Source: Octopus sinensis (Eukaryota). From it: a stretch of 12,225 nucleotides of DNA. The stretch's first letter is position 1. Every line of letters begins with the position of its first letter. The stretch covers positions 1-12,225 of the forward strand of contig NW_021826663.1 of the NCBI RefSeq assembly GCF_006345805.1. Direction: 5' to 3'. A program made the position numbers and the translations under genes. A model generated the notes under the pieces. The model saw only the letters and a list, made by a program, of their open reading frames with translations, did not search any database and was not told the origin of the DNA. This document shows positions 1-8,682 of this stretch, piece after piece.

Positions 1-190
1 AATTTTTTTATGATTGGTTGACTGAAACTAATATAACTGGTATTAATTTGATTGATGTGGTAAAAGCAGAGAAAATACAAAAGCAATTACAACTTTCATT
101 ACAGCTAAAAAAAAAAAATTTTAAAGTGCAGACGAGATGTCGGCTCTTGAAGCACAAACTAGTATAAAGGAAACATCTTGTCAGGCATGG

Positions 191-260
191 GTGTGCGTGC
201 GTGAGTGAGTGGTGTGTCCGTGTGTTTGCGTGTGAGCATACGTGTGGTGTGTTTGTGTGT
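191..260. repeat. Degenerate (GT)n microsatellite
   Basis: gtgtgcgtgcgtgagtgagtggtgtgtccgtgtgtttgcgtgtg... read directly; boundaries approximate. Confidence 0.8.
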
Positions 261-1392
261 TCGTACGTATGCATTAATTTGCGCGAACGAGATACGAAAA
301 ACGTGTGCTGAATACATAGTTGAATAAATGACTGCCCTCTATATCATGTAATACATTGGATATATATCCCTGGCGTCCACGCGTCATATATAATACACAT
401 TTTTTTTTTTTTTTTTCAATTACCAGAGTAAATTAGAACGCAAGAAACAAGGCTATTAAAAGTCTGAAAAGAAGCATAGACGCTTAAGACAAACTTGCAA
501 AAATGCTTTCGACAGGTAAAGAGTTAAATTTCATTCTGTGATTACAACAGTTTCTTGTTCCTTGTATGATCTTCGAAATTACTGACGTATGGCTCAAAAT
601 TTTTAACGGATGCAGGTGACATAAACTGACTTGCTGTAATGATATTTGCCAATTCTTGGTCGGTTCTAGCATCTTGGCAAACATTACAGTCATTATTAGA
701 ATTCTATTTCTAACCGTATTTAATAGCAGAAGATTTCTATCCAGTCGACAGCATGAAAAAGTTCTTCAAGAGACCTACTAATTAGGTCTGAGTTAATGAC
801 ATTTGAAACTTAAATGGAAATAGATCTGACAACACATCTAGTCCAGATCTAAAAGATGCCCCACGTAATTAACCAATAAACAAAAAGACCTCTTTCAGAC
901 GCTCAACTGGTGGTGCAACGAATGGCGAGTTGGATTCAATAAATAAAAGACTAACTACGGTCAGGAAATGGTCTTCAAATGGTTTTGCTTTTGTGATTAG
1001 TCTTTGATGTTCATACGAAACGGCAAAAGATATTTCTATCTTCACGGCTTCATGCTGTTTTAGCCATCTATTAATAAACTGGAACCATATGACGGGCTCA
1101 AATCGATGACCAAGATTATTTCTGCAGCAGCTGGTATTAAAGACAATGATTATGAGTAAGGATAAAAGATTTTGTCAGTTGGTTCTTCCTTATCTTCTTT
1201 TAACTTACTTAATCTTCCTCCCCTGTTTATATATACAACTTACACTCACTTATGCTCCATATATATTATTTACAATCAATAACAATACTGCTTTCTATGA
1301 AGATCTGAACGAAACTAATACATAATACAAATTTTTCGTTTTATTAATTTCGTCTTCCGTATTTTCTTTTTATTGATCCGTCTAATCTAAGA

Positions 1393-1518
1393 TACACACA
1401 CATACACACACACACACATATGCATGCATATATATATATGTATATATATATGTATATATATATATATGTGTGTATATATATATGTATATATATATATGTG
1501 TGTATATATATGTGTATG

Positions 1519-1553
<35 letters not shown>

Positions 1554-1890
1554 ATATATATTTGTGTGTGTGTGTATTTATATATATATGTGTATATATA
1601 TTTGTGGTGTGTGTATATATATATATGTGTATGTGTGTATATATGTGTGTGTGTATATATATATATATGTGTGTGTAATATATATATATTGTGGTGTGTG
1701 TGTGTATATATATGTGTGTGTGTGTGGTATATATGTGTGTGTTGTGTATATATATATATGTGTGTGTGTGGTGTGTGTAGATTATATGTGTGTGTGTGGT
1801 GTGTGTGTATATATATAGTGTGTGTGTGTGTATATATATATGTGTGTGTATGTAGTATATATAATATATATATATATATATTATATATAT
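1393..1890. repeat. Compound (CA)n-(TA)n-(TG)n microsatellite array
   Basis: About 500 bp of alternating TA and TG blocks after a short CA run; source of the IYIY/CVCV ORFs 1420-1892. Confidence 0.95.
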
Positions 1891-2355
1891 AGGATCATGT
1901 TTTTATTTTGATTAATTTACTCCACCACCTACACCACCAAACGGTATATACAGGTGCTTACAATTATCAAGTACTCACCTGATTTCTATATATATATATT
2001 ATATAATTATATGTGTTGTGTGTGTGTGTATAACATCAAGCATATCCATCCGGTGTAGGCCAAAGTAAAGAACCGTTCTCCGCTAGATCTGTCCATAGAA
2101 ATAATGACGAAAATAATTTTCGTAAATTGAATTCAGAAACGTAGTTCTAATGTTCTCACTTCGACCCAACTCTAAAGGTATATTTAAACGTATTTCAGTT
2201 TTGACGATAGCTGTACTGAAAAAAAACATTAATGGCTTTGTGACTTTAATTTTTAAACACGACGTTACCGTCAACACATATATATATTGCATTTTCAATT
2301 TTTATGAGTTTTAACTGTGTTTATTGGTCTTTGATAATGATATTTTTTAAAAAAA

Positions 2356-2383
2356 CTGACTATTTTCTTATAATACAAAATAG
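2356..2383 (+). promoter_or_regulatory. Candidate 3' splice acceptor (branch point, pyrimidine tract, TAG)
   Basis: CTGAC (YTRAY branch consensus) at 2356-2360, tattttctta at 2361-2370, TAG at 2381-2383. The branch A (2359) is 24 nt before the AG, a typical spacing. It lies directly upstream of the lectin-like coding segment. Confidence 0.45.
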
Positions 2384-2443
2384 ATGTAGCTAGGAATACA
2401 GAAATAATGTTTGGCTGTGTTGTGACTTCACATTTAATCGAAG

Positions 2444-2521
2444 GTTAATACTCTTGCCTGGCAAGATGACAAGTGCAAACCAATATGGAAGTTGTACATC
2501 TGCGAAAAATTTGAATTTTAG
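2444..2521 (+). CDS. C-type lectin domain (CTLD) C-terminal coding segment; probable terminal exon or pseudo-exon
   Basis: Manual translation 2444-2521: VNTLAWQDDKCKPIWKLYICEKFEF*. This matches the CTLD terminal signature W-[ND]-D-x-x-C-x(5-6)-[FY]-I-C-E-K followed by a stop, with Q in place of the usual N. In a different frame, 2386-2445 reads VARNTEIMFGCVVTSHLIEG, supplying the preceding CV 14 residues before the W. Too short to appear in the ORF track. No upstream CTLD exons were recognised in the window. Confidence 0.65.
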   Translation, partial: VNTLAWQDDKCKPIWKLYICEKFEF

Positions 2522-2710
2522 ATGAAACAATCAATTTTATTTTGAAGTCCAAATTATTTTACTTTAATCGACTCGTGGGAAACACTCATTAGTGTGGTGT
2601 TTTCATTTATCTCCTCCCCTAAAATGTAGGGCATTTATGCAGATTAGAAGAAACTAATTAATCACCAGAGTATATTTGAAATTATATATAGTTTTTTTTT
2701 CTGTCACATT

Positions 2711-2923
2711 GTATATATGAGTGTATATATATTATATATATATATATATTATGTATATATATAAATATATGTGTGTGTGTGTGTGTGTATGTATCTGTGT
2801 ATAAATGTAGTGTATATAGAGTGAGTGTATATATATTTACTTCTATGTATAATTTCCCTCACGGGCTATTCTTTACTGGAAAGCAATACTCTAGTATTGC
2901 ATTACTATTTATATATAATATGT

Positions 2924-2977
<54 letters not shown>

Positions 2978-3056
2978 ATATGCGTATGTGTGTATACGAG
3001 CACAAATAAGCACACAAACACTCACATACACTCACATACACACAAATACACACACG
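2711..3056. repeat. (TA)n/(TG)n/(CA)n microsatellite cluster with a short unique spacer (about 2836-2908)
   Basis: Read directly; includes a near-pure (TA)n at about 2930-2970. Confidence 0.9.
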
Positions 3057-3355
3057 TGATTGTTTTGATATAAAGTTATCCATAAAAACAGATCGACATT
3101 AAACTGAAGGATCCCCCCCGGAATTTTTTTAGTAGAGTAACATATTTATTAAAATTTACAAGAAAAAAGCTAGATAGTGACTTCGAAGCTTCGGCTTGTT
3201 AGCCGTCAGCAGGCTCTTTAACGACAGCTAGTTATGAATAAAACATGCGTGTATGTATGTGTTTAAAGTTGTTATTTTAAACAAAGTATTTAAAAATAAC
3301 GGAACATTTATTGATAGAGGTAAACCATTGTAGAGTCATAGCTAATTTGAACAAT

Positions 3356-3640
3356 TATGTATGGTATGTATGTATGTGTGTATGTATGTGTGTGTATGTG
3401 TGTAATGTAATGTATGTGTGTATGTATGTGTGTGTATGTATGTATGTATGTATGTATGTATGTATGTATGTATGTATGTATGTATGTGTGTGTATGTATG
3501 TATGCGTGTGTGTGTATGTATGTATGAATGTGTGTGTATGCGTGCATGTATAACGTGTGTGTGTGTATGTATGTGTGCATGAATACTACATACTTATGTT
3601 TGTGTAAATATGTATATTTGTATGTTGTATAAATACATAT
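3356..3640. repeat. (TATG)n/(TG)n microsatellite
   Basis: Long tatgtatgtatg run at about 3435-3486 inside a degenerate TG/TATG array. Confidence 0.95.
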
Positions 3641-4145
3641 CCATGTAACAGTTTTCTTTAACATATTCCATCTCGTCTAGATTTAAAATGGAGCTCAGCA
3701 GACGATCGATACTTTGGCGGGAAAATTATTAAAAAGAAAACACAAAATATAGATTTATTTTTCATCAAAAACGCATAAATCAAAGGAGATAACGATTGAA
3801 GAGGATATAGGGACGAATATTATGTCAACCATTATTAAAACTGGGAATCAATATAAATAGGGCTCGCGAAACAAACTAAACAAATGATAAACAAGACATT
3901 ACACGCATCCCAAGCAATCATGGCGGGAGGGAGAAAATATTGAAAAGTTTCGAGTGTCTTTTTTTGTGTTTTTATGCTTTTATTTTATTGTGTGTTTCGT
4001 TTTGTTTCGTTTCTGACGTGTATCACCATCTCCTTGATAAGAACATCGGCAATATTAATCTCAAGAAGAAGAAGAAGATGTCAGAGAGCAAAAAAAAAAA
4101 AAAGAAACACGTGTGCGTTACATATCGTGTGTAAATGTGTGCGAG

Positions 4146-4262
4146 TACATATATATATATAATATGTATATATATATATATACACACATACATGCACACA
4201 TATATATATATATTTATTTATATATATACATACATACATACTTATATATGTATATAACATAC

Positions 4263-4330
<68 letters not shown>

Positions 4331-4370
4331 GCATATACGCAACAACACGTGTGTAGTGTGTGCATGCGTG
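4146..4370. repeat. (TA)n/(TACA)n microsatellite
   Basis: Read directly; pure (TA)n at about 4267-4312. Confidence 0.95.
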
Positions 4371-4656
4371 TGGAATAAAAAAGATGGGTGAGTGACAAAC
4401 ACAAAGCAACTCTCTCTTAAAATATTTGATAGATGAATAGCCATATTGAATTCCAAGTCGACAATCAATCGAAAGCTTGAATGTGATATCATATTCAGTG
4501 ATGTGAGTCGTAAAGCAAGAGAAAGAGATGACGACGGCTCTCAAGAATTTCCACCTCTATTTACGAGGAAGATATTTCCCAGCACTTAGTTTTTTTCAGG
4601 TTTATTGATTTATATTTTATTTATATACATTAGTGCGTTTTTTTTTTTTTAAACAG

Positions 4657-4801
4657 CTTCGTCCTAGTGACGATAGACTTAAGAATGAAATATTGTGCAA
4701 CATCGTGCTTAAAAGGGTGAAGAAGAACTTCAGTGCTGAATGGACAGTTGCACTGACGAAGATGTTTCATGGAACATTGCATGATAGTAGTAGTATGAAA
4801 G
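4657..4801 (+). CDS. Candidate internal coding exon, product unknown
   Basis: T13 (4638-4650) + AAACAG acceptor. Only one of the three frames is open: LRPSDDRLKNEILCNIVLKRVKKNFSAEWTVALTKMFHGTLHDSSSMK. Possible donors AAG|GTTCGT (4802) or TTC|GTATGC (4806). No recognisable domain. Confidence 0.4.
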
Positions 4802-5296
4802 GTTCGTATGCTTATCGTTTATCTTTTTTCCCCTTAGACAAGACAGTTAAGTATACATAACTTGATCTCTGACCAAAAAGAAATAGTGTCGAACCTCCAA
4901 ATGAAGATTTATGCGTTGTATCATATTACTGAGTTTGTGTTATTATATCCGTGGCTTCCACACTTTGTACCTCTTGACTCCATACTATACTACTTATGCT
5001 AATAAATACGATGCGTAGATAAAGCTATCGGCTGCAAAAAGCGGGAAAATTGTACTGTTGAGTTTAAGTCATTTTGTGAAACTGGAAGTCACTAAGAGAT
5101 ATCACATTACTATATCTTCCTCATGTCAGCATAAAATTTATCCGCTGCTTAGGAGAGCTATCCTCCCATAGTGTCTCCCGTAACGTAAACTGTAGGTGAG
5201 ATATTTTCTGGTTGAGATCGAGGTAGCGGAAGTAAATGGTTTCTTTTCGTGATATTAGTGTTGAAGGGGTGGTTGATGATTTTGACGAGGATAGAT

Positions 5297-5456
5297 CAGG
5301 CATGGACAACCTTTCTCGAGAAACGGGTCACTTAAGAAATGTCTCGTAATCCGGAATTACTAAAAAAGTTCTAGGTAATATTTTCGTTAGGCGTTCGATT
5401 CTCTGAATGTCCCATGAATCGCCCGAGGGACACGGACTGCAGTTTGCCCATGATTG
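5297..5456. mobile_element. Possible degenerate hAT-type non-autonomous element (MITE), about 160 bp
   Basis: Left end CAGGCATGGACAACCT (5297-5312) matches the reverse complement of the right end AGTTTGCCCATGATTG (5441-5456; rc CAATCATGGGCAAACT) at 12/16. The ends resemble the CAGGCATGGGCAAACT-type TIRs of hAT non-autonomous elements. No intact 8-bp TSD (ggatagat vs gactgcag). Confidence 0.4.
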
Positions 5457-5530
5457 GACTGCAGTTGCTGTTTAACCTCAAGTCAGCCCTGATTGATAAT
5501 CAATGGCCTTTCGAGGGTAGCCACACCAAC

Positions 5531-5559
5531 ATACACACACACATATAGAGATATACATA

Positions 5560-5601
<42 letters not shown>

Positions 5602-5836
5602 TATATATATATATATATATATATATCTACTATATCTATATATACATACATACATACATACAAATGTACACACACACATTTATATCTATATATATACACA
5701 TACACCCACATGCACAGATATACTCATATATACACACATATATAAATACATTTGCATACATACACATATATATATATATATAAACCTATATGTATATACA
5801 TACTCATATATTCACACATGTATATACATATATATT
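5531..5836. repeat. (CA)n/(TA)n/(TACA)n microsatellite
   Basis: Read directly. Confidence 0.95.
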
Positions 5837-5991
5837 TAAAATGATACTTTTTAGTATTATTGGCCACCCTGATCAAGAGTGTTGCCAGTACTTACTATAG
5901 CGCTCTTATTAAGTATCTTTTAGTTTTTAAATGCTAGTTTCAATTTTTAGTATCTGCATTATCCTTATATATATATATATATATATATATA

Positions 5992-6125
5992 CCGGAGTAA
6001 ACACATAAATGTGAAACAAGGTGGAAAAAAGAGTACTCAAATACCAGTGGTAGAGTAATATACTTTATTTAAAGCAGCAGAAAATTCAACAAAACCTGTT
6101 ACTCTGAGTTTCCGTTGCCGTTCAT
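5992..6125 (-). mobile_element. Penelope-like or retrozyme terminal-repeat fragment with a 5'-truncated minimal hammerhead ribozyme motif
   Basis: Minus strand reads ATGA-ACG GCAA CG-GAAA-CTC A GAG-TA^ACAGGTTTT...AAATAAAG...ACTCCGG then (TA)n. These correspond to the UGA of the CUGAUGA core, a short stem II with a GNRA loop, the GAAA core, a palindromic stem III and a GUA cleavage triplet, followed by AATAAA. The 5' CUG and the stem I strand are absent. Family assignment is inference. Confidence 0.55.
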
Positions 6126-6181
6126 GAACGGGAAACTCAGAGTAACAGGTTTTGTTGAATTTTCTGCTGCTTTAAATAAAG

Positions 6182-6182
<1 letters not shown>
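6062..6182. repeat. Fold-back inverted repeat (52-bp perfect arms, palindromic centre)
   Basis: 6062-6113 is the exact reverse complement of 6131-6182. The centre 6119-6130 (cgttcatgaacg) is itself palindromic, so the whole is a loop-less palindrome centred at 6124/6125 with one 5-nt bulge (gttgc, 6114-6118). Confidence 0.97.
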
Positions 6183-6252
<70 letters not shown>

Positions 6253-6486
6253 TAAATTAGATATACATTATTATATATATATATATGATTATATATCATG
6301 TATATATTATATTATATATATATATATATATTATATTATATTAAATTAGATATACATTATATATATCTATATATATATTATATATATTATTATATATTAT
6401 ATATATATATATTTAGATATATTATATATATATTTTATTATATAATATATATATCTATATATGGATGTTTGGAAAATATAACTGTT

Positions 6487-6521
<35 letters not shown>
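6183..6521. repeat. (TA)n array with degenerate AT-rich block, ending in (TG)n
   Basis: Pure (TA)n 6183-6241; the 21-mer attaaattagatatacattat is duplicated at 6251-6271 and 6340-6360; (TG)n at about 6492-6520. Confidence 0.95.
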
Positions 6522-6523
<2 letters not shown>

Positions 6524-6779
6524 ATGTATATCAAGTGGTAAAAAGCATTGTGGATCGAAGCTTATTGCCGCAACAAACTGTTTCCCTTTCATATCCAGAT
6601 AGTCTTTCTTTCTTCTTGAATAATTTTGCTTTGTTGTTTCGCCGATGCGATGGTGGGGGGGGGGGCATGTGTGACGGTTGCGATAATGCGTTGTGTTTCT
6701 GTGCTTGATGTGGAAACGGTATGGTTCCTGGGAGAATCTCAGAATCCATAATGGATCTAATATACAGTTTGCATAGTAC

Positions 6780-6832
6780 TGTTGTTGTTGTTGTTGTTGT
6801 TGTTGCTGTGCTGTTGTTGTTGCTGTTGTTGT
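6780..6832. repeat. (GTT)n/(GCT) trinucleotide microsatellite
   Basis: tgttgttgttgttgttgttgttgttgctgtgctgttgttgttgctgttgttg. Confidence 0.95.
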
Positions 6833-6920
6833 TTCTGTTCAGTAAATGTGGACTCTGCAAGCGATCTAAGTGTCTCAGTAGGCACTTCTTTTTTATTTTT
6901 ATTGCTTTCAATATGTTATT

Positions 6921-6980
6921 TTTTTCTTTTAGTTTTATATTTGTTTCAGCCATTGGACTGCGGCCACGCTGGGGCAACAT
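6921..6980 (-). mobile_element. Orphan 3' tail of the same SINE/LINE family as 7036-7450, inverted
   Basis: rc of 6941-6974 (ccccagcgtggccgcagtccaatggctgaaacaa) matches 7397-7430 (ctccagcatggccgcagtcaaatgactgaaacaa) at 30/34, followed on the minus strand by an A-rich tail. Confidence 0.8.
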
Positions 6981-7035
6981 CGTGTAACCGAGGGTGTAAC
7001 CGATCCCACCATTTATCAAAAACATTTTTTTCTAT

Positions 7036-7450
7036 GAGTAGCTGTGTGGTAAGTAGCTTGCTTACGAACCACATCGTTTCGGGTTCAGTCCCACCGCGTG
7101 GCACCTTGGGCAAGTATCTTCTACTATAGCCTCGGGCTGACCAAAGCCTTGTGAGTGGATTTGGTAGACAGAAACTTAAAGAAGCCCGTCGTATATATGT
7201 ATATATATGTGTGTATGTGTGCGTGTGTATGTTTGTGTGTCTGTGTTTGTCCCCCCCCCCCCAACATCGCTATAGAACCGATGCTGGTGTGTTTACGTCC
7301 CCGTAACTTAGCGGTTCGGCAAGAGAGACCGATAGAATAAGTACTAGGTTCACAAAGAATGAGTCCTGGGGTCGATTTGCTCGACTCAAGGCGATGCTCC
7401 AGCATGGCCGCAGTCAAATGACTGAAACAAGAAAAAGAGTAAAAGAGAGT
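7036..7450 (+). mobile_element. tRNA-derived SINE with CORE-like segment and internal (TA)/(TG) microsatellite
   Basis: A-box-like TAGCTGTGTGG (7039-7049); B-box-like GTTCAGTCC (7083-7091); CCTTGGGCAAGT (7104-7115) resembling the CORE-SINE motif; internal TA/TG tract and C12 run (about 7192-7262); 3' tail ending in (aaaagagt)-like repeats. No TSD found. Confidence 0.8.
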
Positions 7451-7834
7451 AAGATAGAAAATAGTGTTTATTTTTGTACACTTCCCCTTCATTTATATTC
7501 GCAAAGCTTTCTCCTCCTCCTCTTTTTAATTACAAAAGTCTTTGCTCAGATCCTCTCACGTAGCACATCTGCTTCTATACTTAATAGAGATAAGGAGTCC
7601 GGAATATTATAGTAGCAAGGTTAAAGTGATTTCTTTTCGTGCCGTAAACCAATTACCATTTCTGTTGTGCCCTCATTCCCTTGATGTCTTAAACACGTGT
7701 TTATTTTGCTTAAAGATTAATCCAGCGCAGGTCCTAAGTAATAGAAAGCTTTCCTGTCATTAGTTCCAAATTTTTCTAATAATTGAAAAAAAATATTGTG
7801 AATGTGTATCATACGTAATCCATGAACGCCAGAG

Positions 7835-8128
7835 TGGAGGCACATGGCCTAGTGGTTAGAGCCGCGGACTCGCGGTCAAGGAATCGCAGGTTCGAATTTC
7901 AGACCGGGCGATATGTGTGTTTATGAGCGAAACACCTAAGCTCCACGCAGCTCCGGCAGAAGGTAATGGCGAAACTTCTGCTGACTCTTTCGCCACAACT
8001 TTCTCTCACTCTTTCCTCCTGCATCTTGCAGCTCACCATCGATGGACCGGCGTCCCGTCCAAGTGGAGAAACTATACGCCAAGAAACCGGGAAACCGGCC
8101 CTTCTGAACCAGGCTCGAGAAGGAACAA
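7835..8128 (+). mobile_element. tRNA-derived SINE, copy A, with TSD
   Basis: A box TGGCCTAGTGG (7845-7855); B box GTTCGAAT (7890-7897); ends ...gaaggaacaa. Flanked by direct repeats ccatgaacgccagag (7820-7834) and ccatgaacgccaggg (8129-8143), 14/15 with the first 13 exact. Confidence 0.92.
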
Positions 8129-8298
8129 CCATGAACGCCAGGGAAATATTTTCTGTGTTACACGTTATAGAGAGGATGGGCAACGGGTTAAGTTAGTGAG
8201 TTTATTGGTAGAAAAGTTTCGAAGCTGGAAAGAAAAATATTGGATTGATGACGTCAAACACGACTATTGATTGCTTTACTTGATATGGTTGTAATTGT

Positions 8299-8682
8299 GG
8301 AGGCGCAATGGCCCAGTGGTTAGGGCAGCGGACTCGCGGTCGTAGGATCGCGGTTTCGATTCCCAGACCGGGCGTTGTGTGTGTTTATTGAGCGAAAATA
8401 CCTAAAGCTCCACGAGGCTCCGGCAGGGCGTGGTGGTGATCCCTGCTGTACTCTTTCACCACAACTTTCTCTCACTCTTACTTCCTGTTTCTGTTGTACC
8501 TGTATTTCAAAGGGCCGGCCTTGTCACTCTCTGTGTCACGCTGAATCTCCCCGATAACTACGTTAAGGGTACACGTGTCTGTGGAGTGCTCAGCCACTTA
8601 CACGTTAATTTCACGAGCAGGCTGTTCCGTTGATTCGGATCAACCGGAACCCTCGTCGTCGTAACCGACGGAGGGCTTCCCC
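8299..8682 (+). mobile_element. tRNA-derived SINE, copy B (same head as copy A, different tail), with TSD
   Basis: A box TGGCCCAGTGG (8309-8319); B-box-like GTTTCGATTCC (8353-8363); exact 14-bp TSD atggttgtaattgt at 8285-8298 and 8683-8696. Aligns with copy A through ...acaactttctctcactctt..cctg (8487 vs 8021). Confidence 0.93.

Noticed and set aside
3-190. Open stretches at the window start (FYDWLTETNITGINLIDVVKAEK...; SADEMSALEAQTSIKETSCQAW before a GT)
   Set aside because: Short, split by an A-run, no recognisable motif and weak splice signals.
872-990. Plus-frame peptide ...LNWWCNEWRVGFNK*KTNYGQEMVFKWF as a possible upstream C-type lectin exon (WIGL-like)
   Set aside because: Spacing does not match WIGL, there are in-frame stops, and there are no clear splice sites.
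420-1380. Microsatellite-free island with a 101-codon Met-less minus-strand open frame (1174->869) and a faint LINE-like phrase (LEELFHAVDWIEIF)
   Set aside because: One open frame of this length is roughly what chance gives over this much sequence; no RT, endonuclease or transposase motif is recognisable. A tBLASTx or Dfam search would settle it.
5844-5955. TIR-like words back to back (rc CAGGGTGGCCAA at 5860-5871; GAGTGTTGCCAG at 5877-5888)
   Set aside because: No partner ends or TSDs within the window; too short to call a DNA transposon.
6531-7129. ORFs 6531-7025 (-), 6721-6987 (+) and 6782-7129 (+) with poly-T/N/V/C/L runs
   Set aside because: They are held open by the (GTT)n repeat and overlap SINE-derived sequence; no domain or convincing splice sites.
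6123-8137. The 8-mer catgaacg is shared by the hairpin centre (6123-6130) and the SINE A TSD (7821-7828, 8130-8137)
   Set aside because: An 8-bp match is plausible by chance and no mechanistic link is evident.
7776-8270. ORF 7917-8270, and the reconstructed pre-insertion frame ...YVIHERQGNIFCVTRYREDGQRVKLVSLLVEKFRSWKEKYWIDDVKHDY*
   Set aside because: The listed ORF starts inside SINE copy A; the reconstructed peptide has no recognisable homology or splice support.
7836-8375. The tRNA-like heads at 7836-7910 and 8299-8375 as genuine tRNA genes
   Set aside because: The anticodon and acceptor stems do not pair properly, there is no poly-T terminator, and each continues into a SINE body bounded by TSDs.
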